DNA of 31,392 nt from Promethearchaeia archaeon (lineage in GTDB: Archaea; Asgardarchaeota; Lokiarchaeia; Sigyniarchaeales; SOKP01), in NCBI GenBank assembly GCA_029856145.1, contig JAHQWK010000018.1, forward strand, positions 1 to 31,392, in the 5' to 3' direction. The number at the start of each line of letters is the position of its first letter. Position 1 is the stretch's first letter. Positions 17,252 to 26,452 of the stretch are shown here, in pieces. The notes beneath the pieces were generated by a model. That model was not told the DNA's origin. It saw only the letters and a list, made by a program, of their open reading frames with translations, and made no database searches. The position numbers were made by a program, and so were the translations under genes.

Positions 17252-18238
17252 TTGCCAATAGAATTTTATAATCCTCCTTCAGCGATTTTAGCTTCTGGAT
17301 CAAAATTAGGGGTTGAGCTTGGAGGCAATAAAAGCATTTTAAGTTTTGATTCCTACCATAATTTATATTCTGAAGGACTTATATTTACTGAAATGTCATG
17401 GGCAACATTTGATCAATTTAATCAAATAGATACATTTGAAACCAAGGAATTTGACTCTATTCGAGAAGATCCTGAAGCATTAATTAAAACTATTGTAGAA
17501 ACTATTTACAATATTATTAATAATGAAAAACTATTTTATGGAATTGTAGATTTTGAAGTAGATGCATTTCTTAATAAAAATACTGTCATTCCTGGACTGA
17601 AATTAGATTATGAAATTATAAATAAACTTTTAGAAGCTCATAAAAAAACCCGAGATAAAGAATTATTTCCCAAAATTTTATCTGATTCAAAAGGTACAAA
17701 AAAAATAAATATTGAAATTCAAGGAACTAAAAAGAATAAACTCCATTTATTAGGAACTAAATTGGAGGATCTAGCTGATATTTTGAGAATGGCTAAAGGT
17801 TTTGCGACCGGAATTGTCTGTACATCTCGAGGTGCTGCAAATCTCTATATTATGAGTGATAACATTGTGTATAAAGAAGACGAAATTCCAGAACTTTATA
17901 TCGACCAAGAAAACTTAGTTATAATTGAGATGGGAATTCAGCGAGAAATTTTATTTCCAATAAGTTGGTTTAGAATTGATCTAGGGATTAGATCTTTAGA
18001 AACATTAGAGCTTTGGGACAAAATTAAAGATGATTCTAGGTTAAATAAAGCTTTAGATCGTTATGATAAATATGTAACAAGTTTAGTATACAAGAAATAT
18101 CGAGACATGGCTTCTACTGAAAAAATAGGGAAGGACGTAGAAGAAGATTTTTACGAAATGAGTCCCGCAGAAAGAAGGCAAGCACTAAGTGATATGGCTG
18201 AAGCAATAAGAAAATTAACTGATGAATATAAAAAGTAG
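17252..18238 (+). CDS. Hypothetical protein (328 aa, soluble)
   Basis: Long ORF with genome-typical composition and a TTG start. No motif recognised. Confidence 0.85.
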   Translation: MPIEFYNPPSAILASGSKLGVELGGNKSILSFDSYHNLYSEGLIFTEMSWATFDQFNQIDTFETKEFDSIREDPEALIKTIVETIYNIINNEKLFYGIVDFEVDAFLNKNTVIPGLKLDYEIINKLLEAHKKTRDKELFPKILSDSKGTKKINIEIQGTKKNKLHLLGTKLEDLADILRMAKGFATGIVCTSRGAANLYIMSDNIVYKEDEIPELYIDQENLVIIEMGIQREILFPISWFRIDLGIRSLETLELWDKIKDDSRLNKALDRYDKYVTSLVYKKYRDMASTEKIGKDVEEDFYEMSPAERRQALSDMAEAIRKLTDEYKK

Positions 18239-18242
18239 AGTT

Positions 18243-18551
18243 TTATTTTTCTTTTAGAATTCTTGGGGCTTTAAAATAACCATCTTTTTTACGTTTTGCA
18301 TTTCTTAATGTTTCTTCATTAGAAAGTGATTTCCACGGGATATCTTCCCTGAAGACATTTTTTAATCCATCTATCGGATGAGTAGTAGGTTCTACTTTAC
18401 TGGTATCCAAATCATCTAATTTTTTAAAATAATTTAAGATATCACCTAATTCTTCAGATAATTTCAGTTTTTCTTCTTCAGATAAATCTAATAAAGCTAA
18501 TTTTGAAATATGATCAATAGTTTCCTTCGAGAATTCTTCTTTCTTATTCAT
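18243..18551 (-). CDS. gatC: Asp/Glu-tRNA amidotransferase subunit C
   Basis: I.HI.KLA.L.L...E......L..IL.Y...L...DT..VEPT.HP....NVFRED...L.NA....DGYFKAPRI. Confidence 0.95.
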   Translation of the reverse strand: MNKKEEFSKETIDHISKLALLDLSEEEKLKLSEELGDILNYFKKLDDLDTSKVEPTTHPIDGLKNVFREDIPWKSLSNEETLRNAKRKKDGYFKAPRILKEK

Positions 18552-18673
18552 ATCTTAGTTCAATAAAATATAGGTATAGATAATAATTAAGATTAACCAC
18601 ATTAAAGAATTCATTTACAACGCTTTAAAAAATAATAATAAGAATTAAGAGATATCTATATTTTATATAAAAT

Positions 18674-19027
18674 ATGGATGATAAAGAAGATTTAAGACTT
18701 GAAATCCCGAGTTACGCTTTTATTGCATTAGCGAGACGTGGGATGGAAAAGATATCTTTAGATCAATGTTTTCTTAAAAACTGTGATAATCAAGATTCAA
18801 ACCTTTTAGAACCATTTAAAAAAGAAATACAAGAAGATGAAAAGAAATATATCAAGAAAATCCATATAAAGTGTAAAAAATGTAATCGTGTCTTTATTCT
18901 AAAACTGGAGACATTAAAAAATGTAGCAAAATCTACTAAAAATAAAGAAGAGGACTCTCTATCAATGGGATTGGTTCACGCATTAGATGAAAATGGTAAA
19001 AACTTAGGACATATAGGGTATTTCTAA
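18674..19027 (+). CDS. Hypothetical protein with a putative Zn-binding Cys4 site
   Basis: CFLKNC and CKKC pairs. Only 1 nt separates it from the HAD gene. Confidence 0.8.
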   Translation: MDDKEDLRLEIPSYAFIALARRGMEKISLDQCFLKNCDNQDSNLLEPFKKEIQEDEKKYIKKIHIKCKKCNRVFILKLETLKNVAKSTKNKEEDSLSMGLVHALDENGKNLGHIGYF

Positions 19028-19028
19028 A

Positions 19029-19718
19029 ATGAAATTTGATTTCTACTTATTTGATTTAGATGGAACATTATTAGATCTTGGAAATATTGGAGCTCATGCA
19101 GATCAAATATTAGAAGAGACTTTGCGAAGACTTAATGTTGATAATATTCCAGATATAAATGAAAGGAAAGAATTATGGTTTTCTGGAGGACAATTTCAAA
19201 AAGTATTAAAGAATTGGGGTATAATTGATTCAGATAATTTTTGGAAATATTATGATAAAACTGATTTTGAGAAAAGGCAAGTCCTTCTTAGGAACAAAGA
19301 GATTTCACTATTTAAAGATGTCAAAACTGTATTGGAACTAATCCACAATCATAAAGACGATAAAAAAATAGCAATTTGTACAAATACAGCAAACTACATC
19401 GTGGACTTTTTTTTAAAATACTTTAAAATTATTCATTATTTTCATGAAATCTTTAGTATGGGAGATGCCAATCAAGAATTTGCTAAACCTTCTCCTAAAG
19501 GGATTCTTACAATTTTAAAGAAATTTGATTTTGATCATCACAATAAAAAAGCTATTATGATTGGTGATTCGATTCATGACATTAGAGCAGCTAAGGAGGC
19601 AAAAATCTCTTCATGTTTAATCGATCACCAAAAAGGAAACGAAATTAAGCATTATAAACAATGGAAAATTCAACCAGATTATGTTATTGAGTATTTAAGT
19701 GAACTGATTGATTTATAA
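19029..19718 (+). CDS. HAD-superfamily hydrolase (phosphoglycolate-phosphatase-like, subfamily IA)
   Basis: Motifs FDLDGT, CTN, KPSP and IGDSIHD. Confidence 0.92.
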   Translation: MKFDFYLFDLDGTLLDLGNIGAHADQILEETLRRLNVDNIPDINERKELWFSGGQFQKVLKNWGIIDSDNFWKYYDKTDFEKRQVLLRNKEISLFKDVKTVLELIHNHKDDKKIAICTNTANYIVDFFLKYFKIIHYFHEIFSMGDANQEFAKPSPKGILTILKKFDFDHHNKKAIMIGDSIHDIRAAKEAKISSCLIDHQKGNEIKHYKQWKIQPDYVIEYLSELIDL

Positions 19719-19845
19719 TCCAGAAATTTTCTATTTTCTTTATTTTAACCTCATATTCTATTGAAATAGTAATTTATCAATAATCAAAATTAAATAGTCG
19801 AACTGACTTTTATTTAATATTGAAAATCTTAAGAGACTAGTCCAA

Positions 19846-21573
19846 ATGTCGACAAAATTAGGAGAAGAAAACATATTACGGAAAAAAGTGTGGAAAATTA
19901 TCAATTTAACCCAAGCTAATCAATTATTTGTTCACTTTAAAGATTTGAGCATTAAATATTTAGGTGAGAAAAGTAGTAAAGTAAGTACAAAAAAATTACC
20001 AGAAATATTGTCGCTATGTGTATTGAATGCTATAGTTCCTAATTCTGCAATGCTTTTAGTAGGTGGGCATGGAGGTGGTAAAACGACACTCCTCAAGCTC
20101 TTAGGACGTATGTTTACTGCTACTTCTCTAAATGAAATTGAAAATTCAATTATAAGAGGACACCCACAATTAACTGAAGAGAAACTTATTGGGACACTTA
20201 AACTTGGTAAGTTAATGAAAGAAGGTGAGGAAGAGGTTGTATGGAGACAATTTGTTACAAATTTTTGGAAAATTATAGATGAGGTAAATCGGTTAACTCC
20301 ATATGCTCAAGATATCCTTTTATCATTACTCGCTGAAGGTACTGTTAAATATTACGATTCAATAATAGCAATTAATAAATACTGCTTATTTGCTACTATA
20401 AATCCTCATGATGTTGGTACATTTGAACTATCCCATCCATTCTTAGATAGATTTGGAATCTCTGTTCCGATTACTATGCCGGGAAGTCATGATTTACAGA
20501 TTATTTTAACAGGGAAAGATGAAAAATATAGTGGGCGAGATGAATTAATAGAAGTTCCACAAATCTTAACTATTGATGAGTTGATGGAAATTTGGTATTA
20601 TGTTAATAAAATAACTTTCAACTTTGATGTTAATAACTATATACATGCTATAATTAGAGAATTCACATTATGTTCGAGGGTTGATAAAGGAAACACTGAA
20701 GATTTAAAACCTAGCACTGGATTATGTTCAGGGTGTCATTTTAACACAACCCAGAACGTTTGTAATAAAATTGATTCAATTCTAAGTGTAAGAGTTGCAA
20801 AAGATCTATTAAGATATTCAAAAGCATTAGCATGGTTAGTAGGAATAAACAAGATTGATGTTAATATAGTAAATACAATTGCACCTTATGTAATTTCGCA
20901 CAGAGCAGTATATGTAAAAAGAGAAGTAGCTAAAGCTCCATATTTTGGAAATAAATATGAATTTTCTAAAAGTATTTTAAACACCATCCAAAAAAGGTTT
21001 AAAACTCGTGAAGCATGTTATCAAATTTCTGAGAGATTTCGTCAAGGAAATCCTAAAGATAACGATTTAACAGAATTGAAAAAATTTGAGAAGAATGATT
21101 TAATAGTAAAATTTGACTTAATTCCGTTTGTAAATTCAGTTAATAATAAGAAATATCCCCCAATTGCCCAACAAATACAAGAAGCATCTAAGAAAGGAGA
21201 TATTCATAAACTGGCTGAAATTCGAAATCATCTTTTAGAAGAAATCGATTTCCCTAATAGGGGGGACCTAATCGGATGGTGTAATCGAGAGCTTTTTAAG
21301 CAAACAGTTACAGATTATGTCATCAAATATTTGTACTGGAAGGAAGTATGGGCAGATATCGCAGCTGAATTCTCTAATTTAGATCAATCATTAAAGGAAG
21401 CTTTTAGTCAAAGACAAACTAAACAAATTCGTACTGAAGATATGCTAATTGAAATTAATGTTACGGGAACTAAAGAAGATTCATTAGTAAATATTCAAAT
21501 TTCTGGTGGTTCTGAGGCTTTAAAGTTAAGATCGATATTAGATCGTTCAGAATATTTACAAAAAGAAGAATAA
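19846..21573 (+). CDS. MoxR-type AAA+ ATPase with a Cys4 insertion and a C-terminal extension
   Basis: Walker A GGHGGGKT, Walker B IIDEVNR, sensor-1 ATINP, Arg finger LDRF, sensor-2 SVR, and PYVISHR. Confidence 0.92.
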   Translation: MSTKLGEENILRKKVWKIINLTQANQLFVHFKDLSIKYLGEKSSKVSTKKLPEILSLCVLNAIVPNSAMLLVGGHGGGKTTLLKLLGRMFTATSLNEIENSIIRGHPQLTEEKLIGTLKLGKLMKEGEEEVVWRQFVTNFWKIIDEVNRLTPYAQDILLSLLAEGTVKYYDSIIAINKYCLFATINPHDVGTFELSHPFLDRFGISVPITMPGSHDLQIILTGKDEKYSGRDELIEVPQILTIDELMEIWYYVNKITFNFDVNNYIHAIIREFTLCSRVDKGNTEDLKPSTGLCSGCHFNTTQNVCNKIDSILSVRVAKDLLRYSKALAWLVGINKIDVNIVNTIAPYVISHRAVYVKREVAKAPYFGNKYEFSKSILNTIQKRFKTREACYQISERFRQGNPKDNDLTELKKFEKNDLIVKFDLIPFVNSVNNKKYPPIAQQIQEASKKGDIHKLAEIRNHLLEEIDFPNRGDLIGWCNRELFKQTVTDYVIKYLYWKEVWADIAAEFSNLDQSLKEAFSQRQTKQIRTEDMLIEINVTGTKEDSLVNIQISGGSEALKLRSILDRSEYLQKEE

Positions 21574-21590
21574 ATGAATTAATATATAAA

Positions 21591-23306
21591 ATGATTCAAT
21601 CGAGAAGAAGAAAAGAGAAAAATATTAAAAAATATTCAGAAAAAGAAAAAAGGACGATAGAATTAGCTAAAATTGCATGGGCTAAGACATTAAAAGAATT
21701 CTATTATCCCCCTTTAAATGATCCTAATTATATATTTGATTACATTCATTTAGAGGGATTTTATATTGATCCTGAACATCAATGGCAAATTACAATGAAT
21801 CTAGCTAATACACCACTACTTAAAGAGGATCAGGAATATATTGATTATTTCTATATTATATCACTTCACGAAGTCTCTCATTATCAAATCATCCCGTATG
21901 ATGGATTAATCAATGCAAAATTACTTAGGGTTGCGATGAAACATGTGAATCAGAATTATGCACCTATAGTAGTAAACATTTTTGCAGATTTAATTATTGA
22001 TACTAAATTATACCAAAAATTTCCTAATCTTATTGAATGGGAGATGATTGAAACCTATAAACATATAACTAGTAAGGGCTCAATCAGCCATTTTAGTAAG
22101 TTCTTATTTCGAGCTTATGAGAAAATGTGGAATAAAGATATTCTAGGAGATGAGGCACTTAAAGAAATGGATCCTTTAGCAGAAAGAATAACTAAAATAA
22201 TTCTTAAAGATTTCGAAGATGAGTCAACTTGGGAAAAAAAAGTATCTCAAGTTGCAAAACTTTTAAATAGTTTAATTCAGGATACTTTTACGTTAATAGG
22301 AACTAGAGGAATTATAGATAAAAATAAAGAAAAAAGAAAAAGTCCTGGTGGCGCATTTGTAGAATTTCCTAAAGATGTATTAGAAATAATGGATAACCCT
22401 TTAGAAAATAAAAATGCAGATAAATTAAGAGAAGGTAATCTCGATGATCTGCAACAAAAATCAGAAGAATTTGCTAAAGATATCCCTTATTCCGAATTTG
22501 GCGGACCTGCACGTCAAGCAGGGATTTTAATTGATGGAAACGCTTTAGCTACTTGGTATCGAGGCTTAGCAAAAAATCTAATTGAAATAAAAATTTATGA
22601 AGAAAAACCAGGAGGGCAATTACCTATCTTTCCAGAGGTTTGGCGGATTGGTGATAGAATTGAAGAATTGGATATTATTCAGAGTTTATTAAATAGTCCG
22701 GTAATAATACCTAATATCACTACAAGAAAATGGGCATATGAAGAAGGACCGGGGCACTTAGTAGAAAAACAAGTTCCTGATCTATTAATTGTTTTAGATT
22801 CTTCGGGTTCAATGAAATGGAGTTATACATCTAGATCTATTAGGGGTAAAGGCCCATATCATACCGCTTTAGTAGCTGCGTTTGCTTCTTTGCATTATGC
22901 GGCAAAAAAAGGTGCTAAATTTAGTATAATCAATTTTTCCAATAGGGCGGATATTTGTCAGTGGACCTCTGATTATAAAAAGGCCGAAAAGGTCTTATTG
23001 AGGTATCAGGGGGGAGGTACATTTTTACCAATTAAAGAAATCGCAAGTCAATGTGAAAAAGCAGAAAGAAATGCTCTTGTGTTTATAATCACTGATTTTG
23101 GTATATATAATTGGAGCAAAGCAAAAAAAATAATGATAAACCTTGCTCAAAAAGGCCATAAAATAATAGGTTTTTTCATCGGGTCAACTAGAATACCCAA
23201 AGAAAAATTTAAGAACTTACTGGATAAAGTAAAATTTTATGGGATAGAGAATCCTAAAGATTTAATTAATCTAGTTATTAAAGAAGTTCATGATAACTAT
23301 TCATAA
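21591..23306 (+). CDS. HEXXH metallopeptidase-like domain + C-terminal VWA domain (DUF2201-like)
   Basis: LHEVSH (21864-21881) followed by NIFADLIID. MIDAS motif LDSSGS...GGT...ITD. Lies 17 nt after the MoxR gene. Confidence 0.88.
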   Translation: MIQSRRRKEKNIKKYSEKEKRTIELAKIAWAKTLKEFYYPPLNDPNYIFDYIHLEGFYIDPEHQWQITMNLANTPLLKEDQEYIDYFYIISLHEVSHYQIIPYDGLINAKLLRVAMKHVNQNYAPIVVNIFADLIIDTKLYQKFPNLIEWEMIETYKHITSKGSISHFSKFLFRAYEKMWNKDILGDEALKEMDPLAERITKIILKDFEDESTWEKKVSQVAKLLNSLIQDTFTLIGTRGIIDKNKEKRKSPGGAFVEFPKDVLEIMDNPLENKNADKLREGNLDDLQQKSEEFAKDIPYSEFGGPARQAGILIDGNALATWYRGLAKNLIEIKIYEEKPGGQLPIFPEVWRIGDRIEELDIIQSLLNSPVIIPNITTRKWAYEEGPGHLVEKQVPDLLIVLDSSGSMKWSYTSRSIRGKGPYHTALVAAFASLHYAAKKGAKFSIINFSNRADICQWTSDYKKAEKVLLRYQGGGTFLPIKEIASQCEKAERNALVFIITDFGIYNWSKAKKIMINLAQKGHKIIGFFIGSTRIPKEKFKNLLDKVKFYGIENPKDLINLVIKEVHDNYS

Positions 23307-23416
23307 ACAATATTGTTTAAAATATAGAAATCAGAGAAAATCAATATTTAAATTTAAAAGCTAAAATCATTTTATCTTTATTAAATTGAAAACCTATATT
23401 AAAAAAGAATAATATC

Positions 23417-24349
23417 ATGGCTAACTTTTGTGTAAACTGTGGAAAGCCTATACAAAGTAATTGGAAATTTTGTCCATATTGCTCAAATCATGCTTATCAA
23501 GCGCCGAAGGATATTTCTCAGTTAACCACAGAAAAACCAAGTATCGGAGCTTATGAGTACGTAGACACTCAATCAGTAGAACCAAGTATGCTTGAAACGA
23601 AAAGAAAAGAAAAAAAAAAAAGATTAACAAAAGTTCAAAAAAGAGCAATAGTTATAGGCATTCCAGTAATAGTTGCTGCAATAGTTATACCGATTGTAAG
23701 CATTGCGATATATCAATATCTTTTTCCACAAAAAACTGTATCTTTTTATGTTAATAACGGAAATACTTCGGCATCTTACACGGTTTCAACAACTCGAGAT
23801 ACATTGGATTATTTTAAGAATTCGCCGCATCCCTCTCATACTCACTGGGATCCAGATTTCATAGCAGATGTAATTGAATCCTATTGTACCCCTAATGACA
23901 CAAGAATGCTTCAAATTGCGACAGCAATTCGTTCAAAATGCATCAATCAATATGATTCTGAAGAAGTGGTAAATGGGTTATTAAGCTTTACTCAAGCAAT
24001 TGGTTATAAACTTGAATTTCAAGATCTTGCAGCATATCCAATGGAAACAATTTTTAACCAAGGTGATTGTGAAGATCTATCTATTTTATTTGGATCATTA
24101 GTAGAAGCATTAGGATATGAAGCAATAATTTGTGTAATTAATTATTATGATACAGTTGAAGAACAATGGTTTGGCCATGCTTGTATTGGGGTATATTTAA
24201 ATTTTACTCCAACTTATAGTTATTCTTTTACAGTAAATAGTAAAGAATATTGGATTTGCGAAACGACATACCAAGGATGGATGGTAGGACAATTGCCTGC
24301 ATCTAATCCGAGTTATTATCAAATGCTAGCATATGCATTCATTAATTAA
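23417..24349 (+). CDS. Zinc ribbon + TM + transglutaminase-like (papain-fold) domain protein
   Basis: N-terminal CVNC...CPYC, then a basic run and a TM (AIVIGIPVIVAAIVIPIVSIAIY). GDCED, GHA and CETT give a Cys-His-Glu putative triad. Confidence 0.85.
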   Translation: MANFCVNCGKPIQSNWKFCPYCSNHAYQAPKDISQLTTEKPSIGAYEYVDTQSVEPSMLETKRKEKKKRLTKVQKRAIVIGIPVIVAAIVIPIVSIAIYQYLFPQKTVSFYVNNGNTSASYTVSTTRDTLDYFKNSPHPSHTHWDPDFIADVIESYCTPNDTRMLQIATAIRSKCINQYDSEEVVNGLLSFTQAIGYKLEFQDLAAYPMETIFNQGDCEDLSILFGSLVEALGYEAIICVINYYDTVEEQWFGHACIGVYLNFTPTYSYSFTVNSKEYWICETTYQGWMVGQLPASNPSYYQMLAYAFIN

Positions 24350-24627
24350 TCTACAAATTCTTTATTAATTTCTCGTAAATAAAGCTTCATAAAATAGCGC
24401 TGACTTTGACAATAAAGAAGTTTATCCTTAGCTGTTAAATGCCTACACTTTTGGAGTACATTCGAAATATCGGTAAGAAGTTTAAAGTTATCATATCTTG
24501 ATTTTTGTGGTATTTCTTCAACCTTTTTATTAACGGCTTTATTTAAAGCTTTAGGCTCATAGAATAAGTCTTTAAGATTGAGAACTGGTTCTGAATCTTC
24601 GATTTTTGAAATAATCATTTTTATCAT
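24346..24627 (-). CDS. Hypothetical protein (93 aa)
   Basis: Fills the gap between genes and overlaps the convergent gene by 4 nt at the stops. No motif recognised. Confidence 0.6.
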   Translation of the reverse strand: MIKMIISKIEDSEPVLNLKDLFYEPKALNKAVNKKVEEIPQKSRYDNFKLLTDISNVLQKCRHLTAKDKLLYCQSQRYFMKLYLREINKEFVD

Positions 24628-24803
24628 TCGTTTTTGGAGTTTTATATGACCTCTATAATAGCTGAGAGATATCTACATATATATTAAAAACATATGGTCT
24701 TTTCTTTTGAAACTAAGTGATATCTAGGTAATATCTTCACAAAAAATTATATCAGAAAAAAACAAGAAAAATTTCAAATAAATAAAAGTAGAGAGTAGAC
24801 TTA

Positions 24804-25448
24804 TTAGAAATTCTTCGCAACCCAATCTTCAAATTTAATTTTTCTAAGCTGTTCTGCCCATAATGCCTTCAAATTTGGCTGGTTAGGAAGTAGATTCTCT
24901 TCCTTAAGAATCCTATATAATTTTTCAATTGTTTTTTCAATTAAAATTTCATATAAAGGAGTTTTCTTATCAAGATCTCCTAATTTTTCTTTAACTTCAT
25001 CCCCTAGTTGTTTGATAATAGTAATCCAATTTTCCGTAAATTTCACGATATACTCTTCTAATTTCTCAGTTTCTTCCGTTGATAATATTGGTATAGTCAA
25101 TTCATAACTCTTGTTTATCAATTTAATCAAATTATACCATTCTAAATTCATAAGGTGATTTTCGACAGTTTTTTTTGTCCAATTGTAGGATATTTGGCAA
25201 TCATATTCTTCTTTTGTTATTAATAATGGTTTTGGTGAGAAATTGACTCTTTCATAGATTTCTTGAAATGTTTTTGGACCTTTAGCGAGGATTATTAATA
25301 TTTCACGTCTTACTTTGTTATCTAAAATCCATGGAATTTCAGGATCATCCCATGGTTTTGTTGTAGTAAAATCAAACCAAGGCTGAATTTCATCTACATT
25401 TATTTTTCCTATAAAACGATAATTATGATATTTAGTATTTTCTCTCAT
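24804..25448 (-). CDS. ArsR-like winged-helix protein, third gene of the sufC-sufBD unit
   Basis: ILDNKVRREILIILAKGPKTF.EI...V..HL..LE...LI pattern. GGAG RBS before ATG 25448; alternative ATG at 25478. Confidence 0.75.
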   Translation of the reverse strand: MRENTKYHNYRFIGKINVDEIQPWFDFTTTKPWDDPEIPWILDNKVRREILIILAKGPKTFQEIYERVNFSPKPLLITKEEYDCQISYNWTKKTVENHLMNLEWYNLIKLINKSYELTIPILSTEETEKLEEYIVKFTENWITIIKQLGDEVKEKLGDLDKKTPLYEILIEKTIEKLYRILKEENLLPNQPNLKALWAEQLRKIKFEDWVAKNF

Positions 25449-25489
25449 TTTAATTCTCCATTTTGATTTAAATTTCATTCTTTTTTTAA

Positions 25490-26452
25490 TTATTCTTCTT
25501 GAAGCATAGCCTCAATGAGCACTTGAGTCGCTTCCTCCTCAGTTAATCCTTTAGCTAATAGTTCATCAAGCCATTTTTGTGGAAATCTACCTAAGGAAGC
25601 TTCATGTGAAACACTTGAAGTAGGATCTATAGCTCTGATAAAAGGACGTGCTCTACATATAGATCCTTTTCCTAATACAATTTCATTACATTCTACATGA
25701 CCGTTGCAATTAGGTGCGTTTCCTTCCGTAATTCCATACATTAAAACTTCTCCTCCATCTCGTGCCGCAGCTTTCATTTTAATGATACTCCTAGCATTTT
25801 CTCCTTCAAGAAACACAGAATCTCTAATTCTTACTGAGTCTTTTTTACTTTTTCCAAAAGCTCTAATATTTGATTTAATCACACTATTTTTCATAGCATA
25901 AATATCAATCATTATTTTTACCTTGCCTGGAGTACCTCTTGTAAGATTAAAATTATTTTCAAAAACACTATTTTCACCAACATACATATAGGCAACTGGG
26001 GCAACAAAGGCTCCTGAATTTTCACCATGGTAATGAGTTTCACTATAAGTAAAATTGCAATTTTTTCCAATATAAAAATGCCCAAACATTTTGTGAATTA
26101 ATCCATTTGCTTTTGGAAAACTACAATGTGCTTGTACAGTTACTTCTGTATTATCTTCAGCAATAATTCTTGGAAAAATTTCTTGAACTCCAGTTTCTTT
26201 GTTTACACCGAAACATAAGTGAACTGGTTCTTCAATTTTTGTCCCTTCCATAATAATTATATCCGCAACAATACCATTTTCAATTTCTCTACCTTTCAAA
26301 ATAACTCCATCAACTTGTTCTAATCCACTAATCTTATTAAAATTTAATAGAAGTTTAGCACCTTTCCCATGTCCGGGCATGAAGTCTCTGATATCTATGT
26401 TATAATCTTCAAGACTTTCTAATATTTCTTTTGGGTATTCAGTACCACTCAT
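25490..26452 (-). CDS. sufB: SufB/SufD-family Fe-S scaffold (SmsB-type)
   Basis: PVHLCFG, AHCSFP, ETHYHG, GHVEC.EI, HEAS.G and L.AKGL.EEEA. Its start overlaps the sufC stop (ATGA). Confidence 0.92.
   Translation of the reverse strand: MSGTEYPKEILESLEDYNIDIRDFMPGHGKGAKLLLNFNKISGLEQVDGVILKGREIENGIVADIIIMEGTKIEEPVHLCFGVNKETGVQEIFPRIIAEDNTEVTVQAHCSFPKANGLIHKMFGHFYIGKNCNFTYSETHYHGENSGAFVAPVAYMYVGENSVFENNFNLTRGTPGKVKIMIDIYAMKNSVIKSNIRAFGKSKKDSVRIRDSVFLEGENARSIIKMKAAARDGGEVLMYGITEGNAPNCNGHVECNEIVLGKGSICRARPFIRAIDPTSSVSHEASLGRFPQKWLDELLAKGLTEEEATQVLIEAMLQEE

Noticed and set aside
24628-24654. Upstream ATA start (24645) for the 93-aa hypothetical gene
   Set aside because: GAGGT is only 3 nt from the ATA and canonical ATGs exist in frame, so I did not count it as a non-AUG start.
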